DNA from: Monocercomonoides exilis PA203
Taxonomy: Eukaryota > Protista > Preaxostyla
Assembly (NCBI GenBank): GCA_001643675.2
Contig: LSRY02000016.1
Location: 496,001-560,000 of the forward strand
Length of the DNA: 64,000 bases
Direction: 5' to 3'
Position numbers and translations under genes: made by a program. Under the pieces are notes generated by a model, which did no database searches, was not told the DNA's origin, and saw only the letters and a program-made list of their open reading frames with translations. Of the stretch, positions 23,801-36,304 are shown piece after piece. The first letter of the stretch is position 1. Each line of letters opens with the position of its first letter.

Positions 23801-24705
23801 GGGTCCCTAATGATGTGTTTATTTCATTTTGAAACAATAATAGTTCCGTGAAAAATAGTTCAAATTAATTTTTGATTATTCTTTGATAAATATTAAAAAC
23901 AAACTTTCGCACGATAAAATGCAATCAATATTCGTTCTCTAACGGGGCCATCAATTTTTATATCCATTGTTAACAACATTACTCCATATAGATGAACAGA
24001 TTCAATGAATAACTGACGACTGTCAAGATCATTAAGGATAGTCTTTAAAAAGTATTGTTCATTGTTTTCAAATGTGAGAATAAAAAACGAAATTAATTAA
24101 TGCAAACTTCAAGTGTGTGTGAGACATAAATTCCATCTCGCACTTGCTCACAAAACTGCACTAAGTCATGTGCGTATCTGTAAACGCTCTCAAACATCAT
24201 ATAAAAACGTCTTAATATTTCAATATGTGTTTCTCTAAATTCTTCCATTAAATCAAGTAATTCCTGGAATTGATTGTTCCGTTAAGCAAACAAATAAGTT
24301 CAAATTGCAATGTTTCAAAACAAAATTAATAAAAATGAAATTGCAAACCAATTTTGAGTCGATTTTATGATCCCAAAACTCTGATTGAGAAAGATAACGA
24401 AAATCTACGATGATATCTCCATACTACATGTGGGAAATGTCAATGTGTGGAAGGTGAAATGTGTGTAAAATAATTATTAAATATTTGATTATAAAATAAT
24501 ATTCGATAAAATTATCGTTCAAAAAAATCGCAAATATAAAATTATAAATATTTTTAACCTTTATCTGATCTTCTTTTGTTTCCATTCGAAATACTGACGG
24601 AATATGATCGCTCAATCGATTCATTTCTGCAATTATTGCATGACCCCTTGAAACTAACTTCAAGAGATTCATGCATACTGGATCTTTCATAAGGGTGTCA
24701 TCCAT
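20810..24705 (-). CDS. WASHC5: Strumpellin, WASH complex subunit 5; exons 24705-24559, 24423-24349, 24263-24108, 24042-23905, 23806-20810
   Basis: LLKLVSRGHAIIAEMNRLSDHIP, LCRSTGW, PPNYPEDFFNRVP, GRLRNDDLY, YPAPEQRSTALS, DPKKLLEDGVR, GLKIWQEE, TFIGR and DGVPFAVGMATLLKQFH are strumpellin-conserved. Four GT-AG introns join in frame. Confidence 0.95.
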
Positions 24706-26152
24706 TTTGTCAATAATTTACAGAACAAAGCCAGTTTTATGTAAGCTTTGATCTATTACCTTAACGCTAATTAATTAACCCCTAATTATGTTTTTCAAAA
24801 ATCGAACAAAATGAAAAGAAATTTTCTTGAATCTCTCATTTTTTTTTTTTTTTGTCTTTCTTGAATGCTGAATGAAATATATCTTGGAGAAATTATTAAA
24901 TATTTTCCACATTATCAAAAATTTTCCATTTCGGAAAAAAAAAGACTTCCATGAATGTGTTCAAGCAATTTTTTTATTAACTGCAAAGAAATATTGCTTT
25001 CTCATTAAGTATTTATTTTAACTCACAATCAATCATTTATTTTTCATGACAAATAATTTTTCTTTTATTTATTTATTTATTTATAAATTTTTTTTTCATG
25101 ATGGAAATTCATTTATAAAAAAAAAATAAAAATAATCCATCTCAAAATGTCTTTTTCGGTTTTTTTATTCAATTATCCAGATTTTCAATATGATTGATAA
25201 TGTCTTTTTAAAAGTTTTATCATTTATTCAATAATTTTATAACTATTTTTTTCTATTCTTTTTTCTTTCCAATTTAATAATTTCGATTTTGAAGAAAGCG
25301 ACATATTGTTTTGATCACATCATATTTTAAAGAATGGGTTTTAGTATCATCTGCGGGAATTTTTTTGAGCATTAAAATATTCTGAGAGAGGATTTTGACA
25401 AGGAAAAAAATACAAAGAAAAAAATATTTGTGAATGATTGTTTGTTTTATTTCCATAATTAAATAAACAAGCACCGATGAGAAAAGCTGTGCAAAGAGCT
25501 GTATAAAAGATATCTTTGTTCAATTGTGGGTAACCTTTTTTTTCAAACAAATTCACAATTTATTATTAAAATTTTGAAAACTTATTATTCAAATTTAATC
25601 ATTATGAGTGATAAGAATTGAATAATTTTAAGAAAAATTGGTTTTCTATGAATGTTTGAAAGTGATAAAAAAATATTGTTCATTGTTATTATTCGAAACT
25701 TTGAATAGAAATTGAACCTCTATTTATGTTTTTTGTTTATTCACACGTTAATTTCCACATTTTCACATAAATACAATCGTCCTTGAAATCGGAACAGTTA
25801 TCAAATGATAACTTATTAAATTATTATGTTGAACATTTTTCAATCAAGTAAAACGGCTTTCATCAATTCAATATACTGAAAACAGATATTTTTCATAATT
25901 GAATAATTTGTGAACACATTTTCGTTATTCTTTATTTATTTTTTGATTGTCATTCTGGACAATATTCAATCCAAACTATTTATCAGGATTAAAAAATGCA
26001 GAAGGTTCCAATATTAGATGAATTCTTTCAAAAACGATCCTTAACCAAGGATAAATTTTTTTTCCAGAAAACCAAAAATAATGTGTTTGTTGATAAATGA
26101 AATGAATTGATGTCCACTTATCAAACATTTTCACAAATGTTTGCTTCACATT

Positions 26153-26781
26153 GATTGTGCAAAAAATATCGGACAAGATCGCTATCTTTATAAATACTCA
26201 AGGAATAATTTTGATAAATTTCCTCAAAACATATGGGGGAAAATACGGACTAAAAAACTTTTTATGCACAAAGCATGAAAAAATCATTTCAATTATGACA
26301 TTATTAAACTTTATCAGATTTCAAAATAAATTAGATTTTCATATCCGTAAACAGGCATTGTTGAAATCAAAACATAAAGTTTTCCAACATTTCACGAATG
26401 TGGAAAAATGGACCCATTTTTATTTTGTTTTTTGATCTTAAAAAGTCATTGAAAAGAGCATAATTTTTCAATGAAAATGCTGAAGTGAAATACTATGCGC
26501 CATATCTCATCAATACAAACTTTTATGTCACACAAGGCTTTCATTTTCGCATAGACTAAATATTGGAAAAAATAATTATTGAAATCTCTAAAAAACTCAT
26601 AATCCTTTTTCTCCTTGATTTCAAAAAAAATTCTTTAAATCACATTTTGTCGACACGAAAATGAAAGCCTTGTGTGCAAAAAAAGTTTGTAATGATGAGA
26701 ATTGTTTAAAGGAAAATTTTCAAAATTATTCCTTGAGTAGTTATTAAGATAGCGATCTTGTCCGATATTTTTTGAATAATC
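26153..26781. mobile_element. Non-autonomous foldback/MITE DNA element with long (~135 bp or more) terminal inverted repeats; left arm interrupted by a nested insertion
   Basis: 26153-26231 matches the reverse complement of 26703-26781 (8 mismatches in 79 by hand). 26506-26549 matches the reverse complement of ~26656-26699 (4 mismatches in 44). Flanked by TTCACATT (26145-26152) and TGCACATT (26782-26789). Confidence 0.75.
26235..26501. mobile_element. Nested ~267-bp insertion with GG...CC ends and an ATAT target-site duplication
   Basis: ATAT at 26231-26234 and 26502-26505. Removing the insert and one ATAT makes the left arm colinear with the right arm. The termini GGGGGAAAATA and revcomp GGCGCATAGTA are only weakly inverted. 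Confidence 0.55.
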
Positions 26782-27376
26782 TGCACATTAATGATTTTAA
26801 AAATTCTATATATGAATTAATGTTATGTGCGTTTATGAACAACTGTGCAAATTACTGTGAATTAATATTGAATATTTGAAGAGAAATTTGATTTTTTAAT
26901 TGTAGGTGGATTTGAAAAAATATGCTGATTCAAAAATTTCCAAAAAAAATTTTTTTTATTTTTTATTTTTCATTAAAAGAAAATATATCTGGTTTCAATG
27001 TTTGATAAAATTATAATTGCGTTTCATAATAAATATTTTTCAATTATTCTTCAGAAAAATTGAGAAATAATCTTGATATTATCTAATTGAAGTGTTAATC
27101 TGAAAAAATAACGTGTTATAAGATTAAAAAAAAAAGAAAAAGAGATTTATTGATTTTTCACTGTGTAGAACAAATCAATTTTAACAAATTTGGATAATAT
27201 TTTTCATCAAACAAAAACAGATCTTAAAAAAATTTTTTCTATCTTTTAAAAAATGTAATATCGAAACTGCAAAACAAATAACACAATAAACATACACACA
27301 TGAACAAAAGTTGACAAAATTAACCGAAAAATTAGATATTTCAGCGAGTGTCGCAGTTATAATCGTTATATGATGA

Positions 27377-27922
27377 TCACAGACTTACAAAAGCTACATT
27401 GTTGATATTTCCAACCGAATCGCGTTCCATTGGAAGCGAATCCTTAACAGTCCACTTTTCATCCACAATGAATTTAAAATTGTATTTTCCATTTGGTAAA
27501 TTTAAAACACAGTAATAGTGATATTGAGATAAAACTTCTCCAGTTTCAGTCAACTTTTACATTGCGAAATAAAATTTAAAAAACATCAAAAACGAACAAA
27601 TTCAAGTGACATCATACCCTAACCAAAGGAAAGCGCCTTTTCCATCCTTTTTTTAATAAACATTGCAAAAAAGTTCAAAATAATGAAAAAATAAATATTA
27701 AGAACTACAACCATCCCAATCTCCAACAATGTAAACCTCACTGAGAGGTGACGTACTTGGCCAAGAGAAAACTGTGGGCTTTGCTGTATTCAACAATTTA
27801 AGCAAAATAATTCAATAAAATGAAAATTATAAAATTATTAAAATGCTTCAGATACCTACTCTATCAAGACGGATAAAAGGTGAAATATGACGTCTAACAG
27901 TGCTTTTTGTTTGTATTGACAT
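27377..27922 (-). CDS. Stand-alone CBM48 (AMPK-beta-type glycogen-binding domain) protein, ~114 aa; exons 27922-27856, 27783-27712, 27646-27618, 27553-27377
   Basis: Missed by the ORF track. The spliced product reads PTVFSWPSTSPLSEVYIVGDWDGWKRRFPL...LNLPNGKYNFKFIVDEKW...DSVGNINN, the canonical CBM48 signature. Exon phases are consistent (345 nt). Confidence 0.85.
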
Positions 27923-28032
27923 TAGTTAAAAATCTTGTACTTATAATCAACTACAGAATTTCAACAATAATTTGACAAGGCTTTTTGACATACCTTAATT
28001 TATCTTTTTTCGTTCCACGGAAGGATTTGTAC

Positions 28033-29065
28033 ATGAGTTATGATATAAAACGACTATCCAGTCCGGAACTTGAAAATTATAATGATTCTTCAGCCATTTA
28101 TTTTCGTCAAATATCTTTTACTTGCGAAACTTTGGAAAATGAAATTGAAAGTAAACTTTCACTTCTTTCACAATTTACAAGAGATTATGCAATGCAAACA
28201 AGTGGAAAACAAAGTTCCATTATAAATTCATCTTCATCTGCTTCAGGAGAAACTGCTGCCCAGATTAAATCCATCTCACGTGAATTAGAATTATTACTAA
28301 AGCAGGTATTTTTGCTTTTTGACACAAAATTTGCGCCTTTACTATTTCATAAACGATAATTAAACGAATTATAACAATTAATTAACGACTGACAATTTGA
28401 CAACGAAGTTTTCAGAAGCGGTGAATAAAATGGGCTCACTTCTCATTTCACAACATTTCCCATCTTCCGCCTCTCAACTTTCTTTACAAAGGCACAAAGA
28501 TGTTTTGTTTGAACCCTTTTAAGAATTTCACTCTATGGCGTTATATTATCTCAAAAATTTAGGCAAACAAGCAGATCTGAATTCATTCATCTTCAAGAAC
28601 TCATTTCACAACATCGATTTCAATATGAAATGCTTCAAAATTCAAAAAAAGATTCTCCTTCTTCAACTCCATCACAATCACTCTTGAGAGAAAGAGCTGC
28701 CCTGGCAAGAGTGGATAAACTAGCAGATGAAATAGTCACGTTTTCTTCTTTTTTCTTCACTTTTCTTTTTTTTATTTTATTTTAAATTACCGGTACTTTT
28801 TTTTTAAAGTGAAGCAGAAGAAATTGAAGAAGAAGCAGCTGACCAAACTGGATTCGTTGCTTCAATTGCAAAGAAGGCCGATCAGCTTTTAGGTTTACTT
28901 TGCCATTTGTAGTTTTCGTTAGAAATCTTTTTTCGTTCAGATCGGTTTCCTGCGGTTGGCAACGCTGTCAATGCAATTAGAGGACTTCAAAAAAGGAATA
29001 AAATAATATTAGCATCCGTAATTGGTGCAGGAACATCTTTAATGTGGTTTTATATTATTTTATAA
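28033..29065 (+). CDS. GOS1: Golgi Qb-SNARE Gos1/GOSR1; exons 28033-28305, 28409-28506, 28563-28739, 28810-28892, 28941-29065
   Basis: LENEIESKL, LQRHKDVLQ, LLRERAAL and RFPAVGNAVNAIRGLQKRNKIILASVIGAGTSLMWFYIIL* (C-terminal tail anchor) follow the Gos1 pattern. Confidence 0.85.
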
Positions 29066-29312
29066 TTGACAATATTTTGCTTTATCAATTATTAATTGAT
29101 TAAATCATTTTGAGAAATAATTTTTGTGAGCAATTTCTTTTCAGTTAAACATGTATTTATGTTCATTTTAATTGCGTGTTATTTGTTAAAAATTTCTTTT
29201 CAAAATATTTCGAAAATTAATTCTTGATATGGGATGAAATTATTTAACCATTAATTAATAAGATAAGATCAGCAATTTTTACTTATCTTATTGTAGGGCT
29301 TGTATTTAAACA

Positions 29313-32287
29313 ATGACTACACAATTGCATCCAGTATTGATTGCTGCTCGGGGCGGGGGTATTTGCGTCATTACTTAATCTATGATCTTTTCCAACTAAC
29401 GTCATTCTATATGTTTATTTATAAGAAACAACAAATCAGGCTCTGATGGAACTTGATCGACTGGAAAAAGAAAATTTTGTTTGAGAATGCATCTTTATTT
29501 GAAAAATGAATTATTTATTGTTTTTAGTGTCTCTACATATTAAATTTGGCAACCGAAATGGCTAATGAATCAAATGATCTTTCATTGCGTCAACTTGCAG
29601 GATTAATTTTAAAAAACTGTCTTGTTTCTGAGGTAGGAATATTTTGTTTAATAATTTTTTAAAATTGCTTTAATCTTTACGAATATTTTTAATCAGAATC
29701 CAATTCAACAACAAAAAAAAATTGTTCGATGGGCAATGGCTGCAAAAGACTGCAGAGATCAAATAAAACAAATGGTTTTGCTATTTTCCATTTTATTTTC
29801 TATTACACTCATTCTATGTTAATCTTGAAACTGTTTGTTATTTAATGAAAATTTCAATTATTGTTTTTACAGGCTGTTGTAACTCTTCAATCACCTTATA
29901 AAGAAGCTGGGCTATCTGCCGGACAAGTTGTTGCTGGAATAGGAAAAATTGAATTGCCACTTGGTCAATGGCCTGATCTTATTTCTGGATTGTTGCTGTT
30001 CGCAAGAAATGAACGTCCTCTTTTAAAGGAAGTCACTCTGAGATGTTTAGGTATTATATGTCAGGATGTTCCAAACAAACAGTGTTTGGCAGCGTATAGC
30101 GATAGCATCCTTCAAGCAGTTGTTGAAGGGATGGACGCAAAAAACCCTCCTGATGTTATTCTATCTGCTACAAATGCATTACATAATTCACTTGAAGCAG
30201 CGAAAAACAATTTCAAATCAGAGAACGAACGAAATTACATAATGCAAATGGTTTTAAGAACAATGAAATCGGATGCAATACTCATTAAATTGAAAGCGTA
30301 TGAATGTCTTTTGAAGATAGGATATTTGTATTATCCTCTGATGCTTGCATACATGCAAGAGATTTATATTATTACGAACGAAGATCTTCATTCACCAAAC
30401 GAAAACGTGCAGCTTCAGGCCTTGGAGTTCTGGACGACCATTTCAGATGTGGAGATTGAGCTGGATGAAGAAGGGCGCTATCCTCTGCAGACATACGATC
30501 CTTATCAAGAAGGAGACCTGAAATATCCAGACGAGAAAAATCCAGTCACACCATCACTGAACATCCTCACCACAGTGTCGCAGCAGCTGACACAGACACT
30601 TATCCAGAAGTTGGCGTCGAAGCAGGAGACTTATGATTCCAGCACGTGGAATCCGATCATCGCATCCGCCAATCTTTTGAAGCAGATGGCGAAAGTGGTG
30701 AAGAACCAGCTGGCTGCCCAGGTGATGCCCTTTGTGAAGGAGAACCTCACACACGCGACGTGGCAGCTGCGCGATGCAGCCATCCAAGTCTTCGGGTGCA
30801 TTTTGGAAGGGCCAGACCAGAAAGAAATGGAGGCGCTGGTGTCGAAGAGCCTGATGACGCTGCTGAAGATCATGGAGACTGACCCACAGCGCATTGTGCG
30901 TGGCACCACGTCGTGGGTGATCCAGGTCATCTGCTCTGCGCACTATCCAGCGGTGAAGTCGTGTCTGCAGTCAGTCATGACCTCGCTGTACAATGCACTC
31001 GATCCAAGTGTCGATCCGTATGTCTCCAAGAATGCCTGCACCGCCATTTCAAACATCTGCCTGCATGCGGCGCGGCAGCGGAATCACGCCACGAACATTC
31101 TCACCCCTTACTTCTCTGTTCTCTTTGACCGCCTGCTGGACACTGTGATGCGCTGCGACCCGTCTATCGAGTCGACATATCATCTGCGCACGAACAGCCT
31201 CGGCGCGCTGGGCCATCTCGTGTCCAACTGCGCGGAAGGGCTGCAGTCAACGCTGGTGGAGAAGCTGAAGGAGCTGATCGACCGGCTGAAGAAGCAGCCG
31301 CCGCCACCAACTGACAACGACGGGATGGAGGAGTACTACATCATCCAGGGCAACTACCTGACGCTCATTGGCGGGCTGGTTGCGAGGATTGGTGTGCGTG
31401 TGTCGTCGTTTGCAGATCACATTCTCGGCTTCATCTACCCGCTGATGGCTGTGAAGACTGCTGATGTCGAACAGGATGTGCTGCTGTGCTTTGAGAACAT
31501 CGCCATGGCGATGGGGCCACTGTTTCTGAGGCACTTCCCAGTGATCAAGCAGTATCTGATTGAAGAGCTGCAGGTGGAAGATCAGCCTCTGGTGACAAAT
31601 GGAGCGCTGGGCCTTCTGTCAGACATAGCACGTGGCGTGGAAAGCAGCTTCACACCGTACTTGCAGGACTTTGTGCCTGGGCTGATTCACCTGATCCAGT
31701 CGAACAAGATGTCGAAGCAGTGCCATGCTGTTGCATTCACCACTCTCGGGGACATTGTGCTGGCGACGGGAGAAGGCTATCTGCCGTATCTGCCGCAGAC
31801 GATGGGTGTGTTTGTGCAGGCGATGAATGCGAAGATTGAAGACGGAGGCAATCTGGATGTGATTGAGTATGTTGTTTCCTTACGGACATCGCTGCTGGTT
31901 GCTCTCTGCTGTGTCATCCAAGGGCTGCGCACACACAACAAGGCCATGGAGATGATACAGTACAAGGACTACATATCGAACTACATCGTGATGACTATCG
32001 AGAACGCACTGGATCCAGCAACCGTAGCACCAACACAGACTGGCTTTGGAATGCCCGAAAAGCCGAAGAGCTTCTCTATTTCTGATCTGGACCTCACATC
32101 TTCAGAAGTCAATGCACTGATCGATCTGATTGGAGATCTGATACACGCACTGGGGCAGCATGTGGCAACGAATGTTTCACACCAAACTATTAGAGCATTC
32201 ATCGATGCTTGCACAAAATCAAAGACCAGTTCGCTTTCAAAGAAAGGTCAGCGCGCTAATCATCTTCTCAAAAATCTGAAGAAATAA
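29313..32287 (+). CDS. KPNB1: Importin subunit beta-1; exons 29313-29358, 29426-29478, 29528-29632, 29697-29774, 29873-32287
   Basis: IBN_N motif LRQLAGLILKN; IELPLGQWPDLI; NFKSENERNYIMQ; LQALEFWTTI; WQLRDAAIQVFGCILEGP; HEAT repeats. Confidence 0.93.
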
Positions 32288-32485
32288 CATTTCATTTAAA
32301 CTTAATCACCAACATTCACGATAAATTGTATTTTTATATTATTTTGTTTGTTTCGAGCATCTCATATTTTTAAAACGAAAAAAACTGATTTTGAAAAATC
32401 AACTATTTCTTTTTCCCATAATTATTTATTTCCCAATTAACGTTTTTTCAGTATAATTGCCTTGTCTTTGTGCATTTCCGCATCA

Positions 32486-35400
32486 ATGACAGCAAAACGA
32501 GGGGATTTTGATATCTATACTAAGCTACGTCTGACTCCTGCAAATGAGCTTCCAAAATACATGTTTGAATTCTTGAGATGAGTTTTTATATAAAACTTTT
32601 TTTAATAATTAATCTAAAAGAAAAGCTTCTTCCCAACGACTTCAGAAAATCAAAGCGGGATATCATATGAAGAACGTGCTTCATGATGACGAAGAAGCTG
32701 TTTCTGAAGATGTATGACAAAAATTCAATTTATCATTATAAATTGAGTGAAATTCTATTTATTTTCATAGGATGCATCAATAAGTGCGAGAAGTCGCTCT
32801 GTGACACCATCTCTAACGCCAGAAATTCAGAGGGCAAGATCTGAATTTCCTGTTCGAGGCACAGGAGCAAGCACTTCACTTGGTTTTAATGAACAAAAAG
32901 CAAAACGAGCAAACTTTTCAGAATTTCACCAAAGCGATCCATCTGGTAAGACTTCGCTTTCTTCAACATTTCGAACATTTAAACCACCTCAGCCACCACG
33001 ATCCTCGACTTCACTTGGCTTTACTCCAACTGTGCCAAAAGAGTTTCATTTTCACGGACCAAGTCCAATTCCACCAACAGCGAAACGAAAAGGAGAAATG
33101 CCTTCTGTGATTGAAAGAAAAAAGGGAGGAGCGTCAACATCTCTTTCTTTGCCATTGTATAAAGAAAGATCAATGCCTTCTTCTTCTACTCCCAGCACCG
33201 CTAAGCGAGTGTCTCATAACGGAAGTGACAGTTCGAAGATGCTTTCCACATTTGCCGAACCCGGAAGCGATCAAGAACAACTGGAAGCGGGAAACATCAG
33301 CACCACAGCACGGCAGCTTTCTCCTGCATCGACAGCGCTTCGCGACGAGATGAGCGAAGAGAAGCCGCTGGCAATGCTGAAGCACCAGAAGGAGGAAAAG
33401 ACGACTAAGCGCGTAGCGAAAAAGGGAGAAGCGGCGCTTTCGTTGGGCATCACGCGCATCTACCGCAGGCTCTTCGGGCACAACCCGACGGAGGCCGAGC
33501 TGAGCGGAGACCACATTTGGATTATGCGGAAAGTGAGTGATGCTCTCAAGCAGCAGACACCGTCGCTGTCGGAGCACTTCAAAGAAGGAATGAGAACTAT
33601 GTCGATGATGCAGTACCAGACAGAAAAGGTTTGAATACAGTTGCTATGTAGTTGGAAGGAGAGACTTTTGTTAACTTGTATCGCTTTGCAAATTGTTCCA
33701 AAAATTTTTTATTTGAAATTATCAATTATGAAATTAATCATATCATTAAACCATTTTTATTAATATTTTTCCTTTTTTTCCTTTTTGTTTTTCAATCACT
33801 TCGTGCATCTCTTCTACAGAGTGATGAATACTACACGTCAGGCGAGAAAGAGCGCGAGGCGCGGATGAAAAGCGAGCTGACTGAGCTTTTCGACTTGTAC
33901 GACCTGGACTCGCTGCAGCACACGTCTCCCGAATCCAAACGGAAAGAGGCGCGGAGGAAGAAGCGGGAGATGGAAGAGGAAGAGGCGCACTTCCAGGAGC
34001 TGCAGAAGCAGAAGCAGCGAGAGGAAGAGCGGAGACGGCGGAGAGAGGAGATCCGGATGAACGGTGGTGATCCGAACGAGCTGCTGTCACAGAAGTCGTC
34101 ACTCACTCCACGCTCTCCTTTGTCGCCTATGTGTGGTGGAAGCAGCAGCAGCAGTGGGAGTGGAGGAGGAGGAGGAGGAGGAGGAGGAGGAAGTGGAGAC
34201 TCATCCTATTTCCCTTCTACACCTTCTGGTGCAGGGGCATGGCCGAATGCACTTCAGAGATATCCCTCACAGTTCACTCCGTCAAAGACACGAAGCTACA
34301 AGTCACAGACAGCGCGCAGTGCAGGTGCTACTTACAGATCAAAAGATGGTGTGAATAGTATTTTGTTATTTTTGCATAATAATTGTAATTATATTTGATT
34401 TTTCTTCTTTCTTAATATTTAAATGAATTATCCAATCACAACATGTTCTCATCCATTTCACTGTCTTAACCACCACACAAACCACACCAACACTTCGAAT
34501 ACCATCACAACACAGGCGAAGCACCATCGCGCAATATTCCCAATGTGGAAGAGCTGAATCAACGCAACCAGAACTTCCTGCACGACTGGGCAGAAGAGGA
34601 GCAAATGCGGCTGGAGCGCGAAAGAAGACAGTCTTTTCTGCGAGAGAGCGATGTGCTGATGTCGTTTGGGTCAGCACAGAAGAAGGAGAAAGAGAGCTTC
34701 GACATCCTGCGGGAGCTGGAGGAGAAGAAGAAAGTGCAGCGGGAGAAGACGCCAGCCGACATCGTCGACGAGATGCTGCGCCGCGCAGACGGCACAATGT
34801 CCCCACCGTCGCTGAGTGGCATCACTTCTGCATCTGCCTCACATTCTCCGTCCCACTCAGCCTCACCCCGCTCGTTCTCCCATTCTTCTTCTGTGTCTCC
34901 TTCTCGCTTGAACATCCACTCTTCACAGGATTTGTCCGCGTCTGCGGTGCTGAATGCAGAAGGGGCTGACGGATCTTCTTCAGCAATACCTCTGAACTCA
35001 TCGCTCTCTGCTTCTTCTTCCCTTTCTCAGCTGTCTTCTACTTTGTCCTCGTCAGCAGCAGCAGCCGCAAATGGGGTTGTTCTTGAGTATGCTGATGAGA
35101 ATGACACGTCTGTTGTGTCTATTGCCAAGCAGACGCGTATGCTGATCAGAGAGCAACTGCATCTGCCGGTGCATGTGCCGCTGATGAAGAGGCAACACGA
35201 CATCGCCATCCAGCGGCAGAGGGAGGCGCAGGACATGAAGCTCCTCGAAGACGAGATGAAAGAGAAGGAGAAGGAGAAAGAAGGAGAGGAAGATAGAGCT
35301 GGTGGCACACATCACACAGAAATGCTCAGCCAGCAGAAGAAAGAGGACGATGAGGAGTTTCTGAAGAAGCTGCTGGAAGAAGACGAGTTTGCACATTCTA

Positions 35401-35954
35401 TCGCTCCTCAAGACAGAACAGGCACAGACGCTTCGAAGCTGCGGTCGAACATTCCCCTCCCCGTTTTAGATGCTGCCACATCCTTAATACTTCCTCCCTC
35501 AGGTTCTCCAGCCACCGCTGCTTCACACCAAAACACACAGCAGTCGTCTCTTCAGCTTCGTCAGTCGAACCCTGCGTCGATCAACAGGCCGATGGCGCAT
35601 CTGAAGCAGGCGCCGTCTGAAGCGTCTCTTCCACCAGCCAGAAAAGAGGCGCAGACGCTTCCCGAATCTCTCCGGCAGACAGATGCGTCGTGTGTGGTGC
35701 TGCCGTCGTATCCCTCTGCTTCGTTTATTGAGCCGTCGTCGCTGGAGGACACGGCGCTGTTGGGGCCAGTTACGATCATATCGTCGCATCCATCTTCACC
35801 AAATAACAACAGAGACAGAAGGGAGAAAGGCAATGGAGCGAGTCAGGAGGGAGAGGGAGTTGAAGGAGAAAGAGGAGGAAATGCTGGGGAGAATGGATTC
35901 ATTTCAGCACATGACGATGAGTTGGACTCGTTTTTGTCAATTCGCGATGACTAG
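32486..35954 (+). CDS. Hypothetical low-complexity/coiled-coil protein, about 5 exons (joins ORFs 32801, 33652 and 34545)
   Basis: GC-richer coding blocks separated by AT-rich GT-AG gaps (~33629-33819, ~34349-34515) that join in frame; no family recognised. Confidence 0.6.
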
Positions 35955-35998
35955 TTCTTCTTATTCATTGAGACTTAAAAAAACCACATTTTTTAAAC

Positions 35999-36029
<31 letters not shown>

Positions 36030-36304
36030 TAAATTAGCTGCTATCTGAATTATCTTCATTTCACAATAAAATTGTTTTATTCTATTGCTAAAGAAAAACT
36101 TCACTTCGACTCAATATTTTTAAGTTCTGTTTGATATCCGACTACTTGTTATTTTTCCTTCTAACGTTTCATTTCACCTTCTTGCAAACAATTAGCACTT
36201 CCCTTTTTGTTGAAGTTCATCAAATAAAAATGAAAAAAAAAGTATTTCCCGATTCAAAAAGCTAAAAAAAAAAATTTACGTTTTCAATTTTTAATTTACT
36301 TTTT

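Noticed and set aside
24710-26150. Short ORFs (25274-25556, 25976-26176) as possible transposase remnants beside the MITE
   Set aside because: Very AT-rich, with no recognisable DDE or other motif
28502-28545. Apparent in-frame TAA in GOS1 (RHKDVLFEPF*EFH), suggesting TAA=Gln recoding as in some oxymonads
   Set aside because: A 56-nt GT-AG intron (28507-28562) gives RHKDVLQTSRSEF in frame with the downstream exon, and TAA/TAG terminate several conserved genes here (KPNB1, RPS3A, WASHC5)
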